Origin: Azolla caroliniana
Lineage: Eukaryota > Plantae > Polypodiophyta
Length of the DNA: 64,000 bases
Reading direction: 5' to 3'
Assembly (NCBI GenBank): GCA_043228905.1
Contig: JBHGNT010000017.1
Coordinates: 16,368,001 to 16,432,000 of the forward strand
In this document: positions 24,297 through 37,914 of the stretch, piece after piece
Position numbering within the stretch: position 1 is the stretch's first letter
Layout: each line of letters starts with the position of its first letter
Notes under the pieces: model-generated
Told to the model about the DNA's origin: nothing
Databases searched by the model: none
What the model saw: the letters and a program-made list of their open reading frames with translations, nothing else
Program-made: the position numbers and the translations under genes

Positions 24297-27200
24297 TCTC
24301 TCCTTCCTTCTCTTCCTTTATCTTCTTACTTCTCGCACCCTTCATACTAATATCTTATTCCTCTGTTCTCTCATACTATGGCCACTATTAGCACTCAAGA
24401 ATATCAATCCGTTTTTTCGGAGTTGCAATGCTTAAAAGAGAAGTTTCTCACATTGGAACAAGAAAATCAACGACAGTTGGGGGAGCTTCAAGAAATCTCC
24501 CTAGAGAAGCAGCAGACGCAACAACATGGGGAACTAGCATTATGCGTGCAACAACTCGAAGCAACCATAGCCATGATGCAACACCAAGGACCGAGTACGC
24601 AAGGGGTTCATAAAGAACCCAAGATTGGCCTTCCCATGAAATTCGATGGAACGCGATCGCAATTTAGAGTATTCCTTAATCAGGTACAATTAGTCATTCA
24701 AATGCATCCTTCCTGATATCCCACCAATGCATCACGAGTGGGTTTAATAGGCACGTTGTTAAGTGGCTCAGCTTTGGCATGGTTCACTCCGTTGTTAGAA
24801 AAGGAATCTCCTTTACTAAATTATTTTGAAGAGTTTTTAAGTGAGTTTAAAGCCTGTTTTGGAGATACTGACAACATAAGGACAACAATAAACAAAATCC
24901 GACAATTACGTCAAGGTGATCGTCCAAGCCCCACATATGTTGCAGATTTCCACCTACTCGCCTCCGATATCACCTTGGATGACCAAGCACTTATGGAGCA
25001 ATTTCATTATGGTCTGCGTAATGATGTCAAGGATTTACTCTTGACCTTCCCCGAAGAACCAAAGTCATTGATAGAAGCAATCAGTCGCACGGTGAGATGC
25101 AGCAACCGTCTTTTCAAACGACGTTCGGAATGCCAGTTCCAGATGCCAAAGGCAAGATCAGAGCCACCTACGCCTCAATGGTAACAAAACCTTGTCCAAG
25201 GGAGTCATATAATGCGACATAGATTACATAACCCAGACATAGATTGGAGAACAGGGGAAATCCGGTATTGACAAACCCGAGGATCTACTCATAAGATTGC
25301 AACCATTTTGCTACATCAGTTGCATGAGGAAGGACGCAAGGAAGAAATGTTTCTCTTCGTAGTATTAGTAAAACCCTCCAACACCACAAGAGAGGAGTCC
25401 ACCGTTCAACTTCCAGAGAAGTATTGTCATTATGCCGATGTGTTCGATAAACTACAAGACAATACGCTTCCTCACCATCGACCGTATGATTGCCCCATCG
25501 ATTTATAACCGGGAAAAGAGCCACCATGGGGACCGATCTACAATTTGTCACCAACCGAACTAGAAGTCCTTCGAGCCTATATAAAGGAGAATTTGGCAAA
25601 TGGTTTCATTCGACATTCGAAATCTCCAGCCGACGCACCCATTTTCTTCGTCAAGAAAAAGGATGGATCACTTTGTCTCGTCGTATATTACCGTGGCTTG
25701 AATAAGGTCACCATCAAGAATAGGTACGCACTTCCCCTTATCTTCAGGAATAAGTCTTTTAAAACGGATCAGTGGTGCAAGGTTCTTTACAAAGATCGAC
25801 TTACGAGGAGCATATAACCTCATATGGATCTGACCAAGAGATGAATGGAAGACCGCGTTCGAGTATACGGTCATGCCATTTGGGCTCATTAACGTGCCAA
25901 CAATCTTCCAGCACATGGCAAATGATATATTCCAAGATCTCTTGGATGTTTGTTTGATCATCTACTTGGATGATGTACTGGTTTATTCAAAAACCCAAGA
26001 AGAGCATGATTCTCATGTACTATTAGTATTAAAACGATTTCGAGAACATGGTCTTTATGCAAAGCTCACCAAGAAGGGACAATCGTTCATTTGGTCTAAA
26101 GAATCAAACATGTCTTTTGAGAATCTTAAGAAGCCATTTACATCAACTCCTATTCTGGCTCATATTGATCTGGAAAAACCATTCATCATCGAAGCAGACG
26201 CGTCAGATTTCATGTTGGGTAGCATTTTGTCACAACAAGGCGATGATGAAAAGCTCCATCCTGTGGCTTTCCACTCACGCAAGTTTGACGCCGCCGAAAT
26301 CAACTATGAAATTCATGATAAGGAGCTATTAGCAATAGTGTACTCTTTTACACAATGGAGGCATTTTCTAGAGGGATCTTATCATCATGTCACCATATTC
26401 AGTGATCACAAAAACCTTGCCTACTTTCAAAATGCTCGTGTGTTAAATCGATGTCAAGCTCGGTGGCCCCAATTCCTCACTTGTTTCGACTTCAAAATTA
26501 CATATCGTCCAGGGAAGCAACAAGGAAAGGTAGATGCATTACCACGGCGCTCGTATCTAGCATAACGTCCTAGCGAGCCAGCTTTCGATAACCAAAAGCA
26601 AGTAATCATGGGACCAGCACAACTGCATGCAATGTAGGTCTTCGGTATGCTCTTGGATTCCCACGTTATCGATACCATACATGAGGAATTGAAGACAGAT
26701 GGTTTCGCCTAAGCCATTCTAGCACAAATTGATCCCTCTTGAGCATCTTGTTCATAGTCGCAACAACCAGGTACGAACTATCAACAACTCAATTGTCATG
26801 ATGGATTATTATTCTTTAAGAAACTCTTGTATGTTCCTAATGGTTCTGGTCGCCTTCGAGTAGTCTAAAACAGTCATGACACATATATAGCTGGGCATTT
26901 CGGTAGTACTAAAATGGTGGATTTAGTACAACGATCATTTTGGTGGCCTCATACGTGAGGATTTGTCGAAGACTATGTTCGGACATGTGATACATATTGC
27001 AGGGCAAAGATGCCAAGACATCCTCCATATGGTTTATTGGAACCATTGCCAATTCCAAGGAAGTCGTGGCAATCCATTTATCTATATTTCATTACAAATC
27101 TTCCAGTTTCAAAGGGATTCGACACGATCTTAACAGTAGTAGATCGATATAAAATGATGGCACATTTTCTACCTTGTACTAAGGATATCACTAGTGAAGA

Positions 27201-27809
27201 AACCCCTGAAACTGTCCTGCGAGAGGTATGTCGGCATCAATAGCATCACTGGTGATCGCGGACCCCAATTCGTCTCGAAATTCTGGAAGCATCTCTTCAA
27301 AATGCTCAAGGTCATTTGTAATCTCTAATCTCTCATCCGTCTATCACCCGCAAATAGACGAACAAGCAAAAAGAACGAATCAAACACTGGAATTATATCT
27401 TCGATGTTTTCTAAGCTATCAACAAGATAATTGGGCGGATATTCTCCACTTTGTAGAATTTACGTTGTCGTGTGAATCTTCACACACTATGTAAAAAAAA
27501 TAATGAAATAATTATTTTAGATTAGGTTAGTAGCTTGTTATAGAAATATGGATGTACTCAAGAGCTTCAAAACACATTTTACTACATACAAAATAGACAA
27601 CTACATATCAAGTTAGGTGGACATGAACCTTGAGGAGATAGGGAAAATAGAATTTTGAAGTATCCCACATAGATAGGAAACATAAGGCCCTGGCTATATA
27701 AGCACATTGAGATCCCTCATTTTTCATTTGTGCTAAAAGCACTTTGGCCACTTTGTCTAGATGGATGAATGTGGCCAAGTTCCCAAAAACCGACTGGCAA
27801 TAAAATGGA

Positions 27810-28110
27810 ACAGGTTGGTAATGGAACCGGAACCGGCCGGTAAGTAAATTGGAACTGGCTGGAAAGCAATCTGGAACTGGCCTTTAAGTAAACCAGAACC
27901 GATCGGAAAGCAATTCGGAATCAGTCGGTAAGCAATCCGGAACCGGCCAGTAAGCAAACCGGAACCGTTCCAGAACTGGCTTGTAAGCAATCCGGAACTC
28001 GCCTGTAAGCAAACCGGAACCGGCCAGTAAGCAATTCGGAATCGGTCGGTAAGAAAACCGGAACCGGTTGGGAAGCAAACAGGAAATCCGGTAAGCAAGT
28101 TGGAACCGGC
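27810..28110. repeat. ~22-bp degenerate tandem array in F's 5' LTR
   Basis: Repeats of GTAAGCAA(A/T)CCGGAACCGGCCA; absent from the 3' LTR. Confidence 0.8.
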
Positions 28111-31100
28111 AAAATCGGCAATCGGATGGTGTCAGAAACCTGGCGGATCTGACAACCGGCGATCGGACGGAACTGGTGATCGAGCGGAACTAGCGACCGG
28201 ACGAGGTTGTACGTGGACCGAATGAATTGGATGGGCAACAATCGAGACAGATGGATGATTAGATCATGTGGCTAATTAAAGTAAAGTAAAGAAAACTAAA
28301 GTAAAGGTCATGTGGACGGTCATGTGGAACTAGGAATCCGCGAGCGTGTCATAGAGATCCAAAATGAACACGCAACTTGGGCGGAGTTCGAGAAGGCGCT
28401 TCTTGCTGAATACATGCTTGAAGACGCATCACGGATGACTCGACATCCCGGGGGCTCCACTATATATAAAGAGGTTATATCACGTGCATTCATGACATCT
28501 TTTATAAACCCCTTATACGTATGTTTTTTATTATTTTAGAGACCCTTTTGTAAAAAAAACAATTAATAAAAATACCACTTAATGTAAATATATATTTTGA
28601 TAACAACTCTTTTTAAATGCCCTTACATAGAAAACACATGTATGTTCAATACATGTGTGTATGTATATATTGTATTGTATTACATCTGTTGTATATATTT
28701 TGTGTATGGGTTATGTGTATGTATTTTAACATGTATGTATTGTATTACATGTGAATGTACATATGTAGTGTATTGTATTCCATGTTTATATATGCATGTG
28801 TTGTATATATTTTATGTATGGCATGTGTGTATGTATCTATGTGTTATATGTGCATGTAAGTGTAATGATATGTGTGTGTATATGTATGTATATATGTTTG
28901 TGTATGTGTGTACATGTGTTTTATATATGTGCATGCGTGAACGTGTTTTATACATGTCACTACAACAAAATACACTAGTGATGTCAAAACACATCATTAT
29001 TGGCACTGCTATACATACCATCATTGTGCAACACCTTTTGAAAACATTAAATTTTGCTTTTACTATTTTTAATAATAATAAAAATCTTCTCTTTATTTCT
29101 TTTTTTTAAATATATGTTTGTATGTGTCAATGTATGTATGTTTGTTTGCATGTATGTTAGTGTGGAGCCTATGTGTCTTCAAACCATCTTCGAAGAAGGA
29201 TCACCATCTAAGCATTAAGCATGAAAGGTTATCTTCATTCCATGTCTATGTAACAATGCATATATCGTGGCTTCTTGGAAGTCAAAAACAATATATCTAA
29301 AAGAGCATATATAATAACAAGAATACTACACTATGAGATGTCCAAGAATCATTCACAACATTCAACTTGAGCAAGAACTTCACCGTATAAAAACGTTGCA
29401 ATGCTACAACAAACACACTGAGTTTTTCTCTAAGAAAAATTGAGCATTTGAGTCCCTAAATTGTTACAATGCAATCACTCGCACACAATACTTTTAACCT
29501 ATAAAACATATTCTCTTCCATAGCCATAGTCATTAATCTCTCTACAACAGAAACAAAGTAGGCTTGGGAACCCACAAACCCTTACATCAAGAACATTTAA
29601 TTTGAAATTTGCAAGAAAAGTAGTGTTGGGTTATCATCAATGTAAATATGATCAAGCTTCATGTACATGCCCTTTATCATAGTCCTTATGAAATCTAACA
29701 TTTGCAAACCTACACACAAAAAAAACACGCTTTACTTCTTTGTCAAGCACCATCGTTCAATCAGTTGAAAACCTATAGAGTAACAATAAGAAACCAAAGG
29801 TTAATATATTGTTCTAATGAAATAACACAATCAAAATGATAGTTGCAAACAAAAGATGTAGAGTAATAATCAAGAGCATGAATCATTATACCTTCACCTC
29901 TTAAGTAATGCTACAATCTTGATCCCATGCACAATAAAATCAACTTTTTTGGTTCGTAATAAAATTTGCAACAAACAAAAGATATAGAGTAATAATCAAG
30001 GAGCATCAATCATTCTACCTTCATCTCCTAAGTGATCATGTGCACAATAACATCAACTTATGTGGTCCATAATATATATGCAACACATAACTATGTATGT
30101 GTATATATTTATAACTGTGTATGGATGCATGCCTAATGGTTTTCATATTACTATATATGTCTCAATGAGCTCACTTTTCTACAAGCCATCAATGCCGGAA
30201 GCTTGAATTAACGAAGCCTACTTCCTTATAGTTTCAAAGGAAACTCCAACATTGCAAGAACTATTCAAGGTTAACACACTCATATATGTCATTTCTTGCC
30301 CAAATAAACACATGCTTCAATCTCTTCCATTGTTCGTATGTTATCGTGCCACCTTGAATAGCAAAAAAATGTGGAAACGAAATTTGTTCATTTAGTAAAG
30401 AAATTTGGAAACGAAACAAGAGAATGGAACTTCATGTTTGGGTTAGCAGATTAAAATTATCGTTAATATAACACATATCAACAAGATCTATGACCTTTCT
30501 GGCAAAGATATCACAAAATAAATTAAGTGTTTTTTATGTGCACCTCAGTGTTGGTTGGTCAAGATTCAAATGGCATGGCATACGCTCTTTGGAAGTTGTA
30601 TTGGTTCGTCGTCTTTCTTTTTTAGATGATGGTAGATGTGGATTCGAGCTTGCATTCGCATGAAAGCTTGCACAAATCACAACAAACTCTTGTTCGATTG
30701 TCACTAGAGTCTCTGGCCTCTATTGTCAATCACTTCTTGAAGTTGCATGAGGTTTCTCAAGACCGAAAGAGCTAGTCTTTCATGTGAAATGACAATAGCA
30801 AATACACAAAGTAACATGGCAAAAAAAACATGCGAGAGAATGCTACAAATGCATGTGTGCATGCATTCATACATGCATACAAACACAACCATGGACATGC
30901 ATATGCAAATACACATACATGCATGCACATGCATACACATACACATACAAACATCGTTATAAACTGATATGGTACTAAACTAAGAACCTTCATGTTTGCA
31001 ATGTCACCTTCCCTCATGTTTTCCGCATCATTATTTCCTACATCCTCCTCCTCCTCCTCCTCCTCCCCCTCTTCACCACAAACACTTGATTTATCATCGA

Positions 31101-31728
31101 TCAAGTGACAATATTTCCACAAGACCCTCCAATTAATCTGATTTTTGTGGTATCCTTGCAAAGAAAATTCATAGACCGAAGTTTTGAATATATAATTAGC
31201 ATGATAATATATACAAGGCTATACAGAAATCAAAGTGAAATAAAAAGAAACCAAAAAAAGGAACAATAAAATTTCCGCAAAAGCTAGAGCTGTTATAATA
31301 CAATTTAAAGATGCAAGATTGTAAAAATCAATTGAAAAATTACATGTGAAAAAAAGAAAACCAAATAATTCTTAAAATAAATGTTTTGTTTACAAAATTA
31401 GCAATCCTAAGCATTTCAAGATTATATAGAGAACAATGGAAAAATCGATGTAAAAAACAAAAAACGAAAGTTCACACATTAGAACTTATCCTTCTCTCCC
31501 ACCTTCTTGTAACTCGTCTTGCACATCCTTGCTTGCTAGAGGTGGACTACTTCGAAGACGAGGTCGATCACGCTCATGGGGCTCTCTCTCTCTCTCTCTC
31601 TAGAATCCTCTCTTTAGGGATATCAGTTTTTTTCCCATCTGAACCATACAAAAGGCCTCGAGTAACAAAAGCAAAAAGGAAGTCAATACTCAATTTGCAA
31701 ACAAAAGTTTGTAAAGTTTTCATTTTGT

Positions 31729-32227
31729 TTACTTCCTCCAATTTTGTGAATCCGAGCCACCACTTGAATACCTATTATTACCCCCACCATAACCACCAAT
31801 GTGATTGTTGCCACCATAGCCACCATTTCCACCACCATTGGCATCATTATAGCCACCGACACGACCACTACCACCATATCCATCGTTTCCTCCATCTGAT
31901 CTCTCCTTGCTACCATAACTTCCACGATCTCCATATCGTGAACCACCACATCTATTGGAGGCATGATAGCCTCCATCATCCCGCCTGATCTTGGTTCATA
32001 ATAATGTTGCTTCCATTACGCTCTTTTCCATTCATCAACTCAATCGTTTGCTCATTAGAGAATGTCATAAAGCCAAAACCTCGTGATCATCTTGTTTCAT
32101 AACCATTGATATCCTTGGAGTTGATAACTTCGCCGAAGTATCGGAAGGCGTCGGCAAGACTGCGATCATCGGTGGTCCACGCAAGACCTCCAATGAAGCA
32201 GCAATACTCGAGATCTACAATAGTCAT
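31729..32227 (-). pseudogene. Intronless glycine-rich RNA-binding protein (GRP7/8-like) pseudogene
   Basis: [38 protein letters not shown]...*SRGFGFMTF (RNP2/RNP1), then a Gly/Tyr-rich tail ending NWRK*; internal stops. Confidence 0.85.
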
Positions 32228-32558
32228 TGCGTTTTAAAAAGAGTGTTCTACTGTGTATATGTATGTTCTATACATGTGCATGTTTATGTATGTGGATATC
32301 TATATTTGTGTGTGTGTTATGCTCTATACATTTGCATATGTATGTATTGTACTCCATGCATTGTATGTGTGGCATGTGCATATGATGTATTGTAATTTGT
32401 ATGAATTATTGGTATGGCATGTGTGTATGTATGTGTGTGTTATGTGAGTGTATGTTCTATATACATATGTGTATATGTGTATGTGTACATACATGTATAT
32501 ATATGGGTGTGTCTATTCTATATATACATGCATATGTATTGTATTGCATATATATGTA

Positions 32559-32599
<41 letters not shown>

Positions 32600-33289
32600 T
32601 ATGTGTACATTTGTAAGTGAATATATATGTACATGTCGTATTGTATTAATTGTATGATGTATCTATTGTATATACCTATGCATTGTATGTATGGGATGTG
32701 TGTATGTATGTATTGTATTGTATTGTATTGTATTGTATTGTATTGTATTGCATGTGTTGTATGTATTCTATATATGACATGACATTGTGTGTAAGTTTAG
32801 ATGTGTATATTGGATCCATTATGTGTTCAATGAATATATGAATGTACATATGTGTATATATGTAATATGTAATGTATACATATGTTTGTATGTGTATGCA
32901 TACATGTGTGTCTGTAATATGTATATATTATGTACGTATTGTAATTTGTAGTTTGTATGACCTCGTATGACCTATATATATGGTGATATGTGGAATATGT
33001 ATGTAATACATATATATGTGTGTATGTGTATGGATGTATGTTTGTAAACTTTATACGTGTATCATTGTAGGTATATGTATGTATATATGTTTAGCGATGT
33101 TTGAATGCATATATGTACGTCCATGTACAAATGTATGTATGTGTATATATATGTAATATATAATGTATTTATGTATGTATATTTTCGGGGTATTTTAGTG
33201 TTTAGTATGTGTATGGCTCATATTTAGATGTATGTTTGCAATACGCACATAATATGTATGCATGTATGTGTGTGTGTGTGTGTGTACGT

Positions 33290-34530
33290 TGTCATGAAGA
33301 TCCGTCACTACGCGCGGATCGTGAGGCGGAACCGCCGGGGTTCTGGACCGGAAGGATTCAAAGTCGGTACAAGCTTTGGCGCAAGCTTTGGCAAGAAAGT
33401 ACTTAAGATAGATTGGGAAAGAGAGAAGTTGAGATTAAACGATTGAGAGAGATTGATTGAACTTTTATCTTTGGATTTAAGAAACAAGTTACACGATCAA
33501 TTTAATAACGAATTTCTTCTTCTTAATTTCATAACAAAAAAAAACGTGTTTTTTTCTCCTCCCCCTTCCTTCTTTTATAGATGCTCTCATGCATATGATG
33601 CATGTGAGGGTACAAGACATGCATAAAATGCATGCTTGCCATTTGGCGCTTATGTATTACATGTGGTGCATGATAACCATGTCACTCATTTTAGCTCTCA
33701 TGTGTGAGAATTTACACGTAAAAGTACAATGATAGAAATATAAATTCAACTAGATGGCATGGCTTAATGGTAAGCCAATTGACTGCTAACTCAGAGGTGC
33801 AAGGTTCGAATCCTTACTTGCCCTCCTTGTATATGTATATATGTATATATATTTATATATTTATTTATCTATTCATCGGACGCCGGTTCACCGGATGCCG
33901 CCGGTTACCGGTGCCTCGCCGGATGCCGTCGTCTCACCGGCACCGGATGCCGCCGGATGCCGTCACCTCGTCGTTGGCGGTTGCTAAACCGATTGTCGTC
34001 GGATGCCGGTGTCTTACTGGCGCCGGATGCCGCAGATTACCGGTGCCTCGCCGAATGCCGTCGTCTCACCAGCGCCGGATGTCGTCACCTCGCCGCCGCC
34101 GGATGCCGGTGTCTCACTGGCGCCGGATCACCGGCTCCATCGTCGGTCCAGTTTTGGTTGGCCAAAACCCTTTACGAGTAGCTAGCCCACCTCCACTCTT
34201 AGTTCAAGTTACCTTGAACTCTCTATGCTCCACACATAGACACAAAGATAATAGCTTTTGCTCTACCTTATATATGATGAGAGCCGTATTTGTTGTGCCT
34301 ATGTGGGATATCTCACAATTTTCTCTTTTCCTTTCACAAACTTTATACCCTCATATCTTGACATTTAGTTATTCGTTTCTCGTGTAATAAAGTGCATTCG
34401 AAACCTCCATCATTTTGTACTTAGATATTTATTTAAAATGTTATCTTCACAATTATTGTATTATGTGATTCATACTCGATTTTGTATGTTTTATGGGATT
34501 TTCACACTATTGCCGAAAATCTTCACGACA
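33290..34530 (+). mobile_element. Probable solo LTR of the B/F-type lineage inside the TIR element
   Basis: TGTCATGAAGAT...ATCTTCACGACA (11/12 inverted). Start resembles B's LTR; left flank ACGT, right flank TCAT does not match. Confidence 0.65.
33753..33824 (+). pseudogene. tRNA-derived sequence (Asn-like frame, loop CTGCTAA) within the LTR
   Basis: A box TGGCTTAATGG, D stem GGCTT/AAGCC, B box GGTTCGAATCC, T stem AAGG/CCTT; imperfect acceptor and anticodon stems. Confidence 0.7.
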
Positions 34531-34900
34531 TCATAATGTAGTTTGTATGACCCCGTATGACCTATATATATGGTGATATGTCATACTCGATTTTGTATGT
34601 TTTATGGGATTTTCACACTATTGCCGAAAATCTTCACGACATCATAATGTAGTTTGTATGACCCCGTATGACCTATATATATGGTGATATTCGTTTCTCG
34701 TGTAATAAAGTGCATTCGAAACCTCCATCATTTTGTACTTAGATATTTATTTAAAATGTTATCTTCACAATTATTGTATTATGTGATTCATACTCGATTT
34801 TGTATGTTTTATGGGATTTTCACACTATTGCCGAAAATCTTCACGACATCATAATGTAGTTTGTATGACCCCGTATGACCTATATATATGGTGATATGTG
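34370..34900. repeat. Complex local duplications repeating the LTR end three times
   Basis: CTTCACGACA ends at 34530, 34641 and 34847, each followed by the same host flank. Confidence 0.85.
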
Positions 34901-35075
34901 GAAGATGTATGTACATGTAACATATGTAATGTAGGTATGTATGTTTATGCACATGTCAATGTACATGATTCAATGTGTATGGATGTGTGCTTGTAATTTG
35001 TGCAATGTGCATAATATGTATGTATATATTTAATGTATGTATGTGTATGTATATGTACTATTGTAGTGTGTATAA

Positions 35076-35125
<50 letters not shown>

Positions 35126-35943
35126 TGATATATATGTACATATGTATGGAATGTATGTATGTGTATGCATGCATGTAATATATGTATGTGTATGCTTGCA
35201 TTTAATGTATGTATGTGTATGTATGTATGTTTATATGTCTGACATTGTAGGCATATGTACGTATATACATGTAGCAATGTATGAATGTATGTATGTGTAT
35301 ATATGTTATGTATTTATGTATGTATATTTTCAGTGTATTTTAATGGTTAGTATATGTATATAGCTCATATATGGATGTATGTTTGTAATATTCATATAAT
35401 ATACATGTATATATCTTATGTATGTGTAAGTATACATATATCCAATGTGTGTATGAATGTATATATGTATGTAAGTATTGTAGATTGTATGCTTTCGTAT
35501 AACCTATATATATGGTGATATGTGGAATATGTATGTGTGTGTGTGTGTGTGTGTGTAAATTTGTATATCATATAATATGTATGGATTATATGATATGTAG
35601 TATGTAATTTATTTATGTGTGTGTGTGTAATATATGTACCATGGTTGTATGTATGTGAGTTTGTAATACATATAATATGTAATCTTACATACTTATGTGT
35701 ATGTGTATATATAATATATAATTTATTTATGTATATTTTTTGTGTTTGATATTTATATATGTTTTTGTATACTTTTGTATAACTGTGTGTATAATAATAT
35801 ATGCGTGTAATATGTAATACATAAAATATGTTTGTAAGAATGTGTATGTATAAATGTAATATGTAATTTTTATGTGTGTATCATGTATATGTGCATGTCA
35901 ATATATATGGCTTATTCTGATATGTATGTAACATGTATGCATT

Positions 35944-36022
<79 letters not shown>

Positions 36023-37116
36023 ATTTACATTTGGTAATATATATTTGTACAAATATAATATATTCATGAATCATGGATGTAATGTTTAAATGTAGGTATA
36101 TATGCATGCATGTATATGTATGTATGTGTGTATGCTACTCCAAATTTGAGCATTGTTTGCATAATATATGTTTTACTATCTCATTGAAATATTTAATATT
36201 TTATGGGCTTATGTAATTTTTTTCTTTAACATAATTGATAATACCCTTATGTAAATATATTTTCAAATATTTATTTATACCCTTATATATATACATTCTG
36301 TATCTCAATGGTCAATAAAAACCCCTTTTGATGAACTCACTGGCTATCATACAAGTATTGACAGTGAAGCCCTTGGGCCCGACATACACTAATGATTTGG
36401 ATCGAGAAGAAATGAAAGAATTTGTGTGCATTGGGAGTATATGTGGAATTCGACCAGAAGTACAACCGACTTCCGAGTGTTGATCAACGAGTTCTCGATG
36501 GAGATAAAGTTTTGCTATTCCTAAAGGCGGTGGATACAAAAGACCGACGAGAATTGGGCGGTTTTTTGGAGGACGAAACACAACCGAATGGCTTGGTAGC
36601 GGATTGGACGGCGGTGAAGAAGGTTTGTAGCCGTCTTGATAAGCGTCGACAATGGCAAGAGGAAACTGATATGGAGAATCTACAAACATGGAGGAGGAAA
36701 GCACCTGCGACGGTCGAGCCTAACAAGCCGATCAACAATTTCGACAAGAAAGCGATGGAGGACTCTAGAATCGAAGAGCTCTCCAAGAAATTTGAAGCGG
36801 TATCGCTGGCCAACTTAGGTCGACGCGGGCCCAAGGGAAAAGAAGTGTATAGATGTGTGTGGTGCAACAGCTTCGAGCACTCACGACGGGAATGCACTGA
36901 CTTGCAAGACGCGATTCGCAAGAATGTCGTCTATTTGGATGGCAACATGATCCACTCAAGTGAGACCCGGAAGCCACTACAAGTGAACTTCGGAAGAGGC
37001 GGGCTGAAAAAGATTGTAGAAGAGGAAGATGTAAGGCATGTGGAAGCTATGCACTATGCCGCATCGGCCGGGATACGAGTTGGAAAAGAGAATCTAAAGA
37101 CGATCAAGCTAGAAGG

Positions 37117-37914
37117 TGACGAGAACTCAAGGCTCCTTATGTCCAATGCTCGGCCACAACCGAGATTCTTTTCATACACAAAAAACGGGAAATAAAACAC
37201 GACAAGAAGAGGGAAAGAATACACAGGAGGTTTACGTGGAAAACCCCAAAACTAGGGGAAAAACCACGGCAGCCCACAGGCTGCAAACTGTCACTATGTG
37301 GGAATATACAACAGTGAGTTCACTGAGGCACCGACCTCGTGCTCACAAATCTTTGCCACAGGCGGCGGTTACAACAGAGGCAACGACCTCTTTCTCTCTC
37401 TCTCTCTCTCTCTCTGTACAGTTACGCACACTAATCTCGTGTAATACAGAAAAATGACAACCACCACTCCTAAAGTTTGCCCTAAGTCATATTTATACTA
37501 ATATGACTTTTCGGCTATTTACAAATGTAGCCTCGATGGGCTCTCAGAAACATATTTACGAATATGTCTCTTCATCCGGTTCTCACCGGGTCTATATCAT
37601 CCGGCTCTCCGTAGCCGGGTACTCCTCATCCGGTTCATACCGAGCCTGCACCATCCGACTCTCCGTAGCCGAGTACTCCTCATCCGGTTCATACCGGGCC
37701 TGCACCATCCGGCTCTCCGTAGCCGAGTACTCCTCATCCGGTTCATACCAGGCCTGCACCATCCGGCTCTCCGTAGCCGAGTACTCCTCATCCGGTTCAT
37801 ACCGGGCCTGCACCATCCGGCTCTTCGTAGCCGGGTCCTCCTCATACGGTTTCGGCCTTGGTCTATCAGCACTGTTCTTCTCCCTTCCCATCCAGAGGGA
37901 CCTGTCTCCCAACA
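37117..37914 (-). mobile_element. Solo LTR E2 in F gag, with five 54-bp units
   Basis: TG...CA; TSD GAAGG (37112-37116 / 37915-37919); close homolog of E1. Confidence 0.92.

Larger units (their letters stand above)
32250..36140. repeat. TG/TA-rich low-complexity and microsatellite DNA (also 28640-28960); long (GT)n near 35946-36018
   Basis: Direct reading; interrupted by the solo LTR at 33290. Confidence 0.85.
28447..36377. mobile_element. Non-autonomous TIR DNA transposon (~7.9 kb, Pack-type) inserted in F gag
   Basis: 15-bp TIRs CCCGGGGGCTCCACT / CCCAAGGGCTTCACT (12/15); 8-bp TSD CTCGACAT/CCCGACAT. Removal restores gag SRMTRH-TLMIWIE. No transposase recognised. Confidence 0.75.

Noticed and set aside
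31386-31988. 200-aa His-rich ORF on the plus strand
   Set aside because: Antisense shadow of the Gly-rich GRP pseudogene.
33753-33824. Functional tRNA-Ser(GCT) gene
   Set aside because: No long variable arm, broken acceptor and anticodon stems, and no T-run terminator directly after.
28597-36089. Cys/Val/Tyr/Met- or His/Thr-rich ORFs
   Set aside because: Translations of TG/TA microsatellites.
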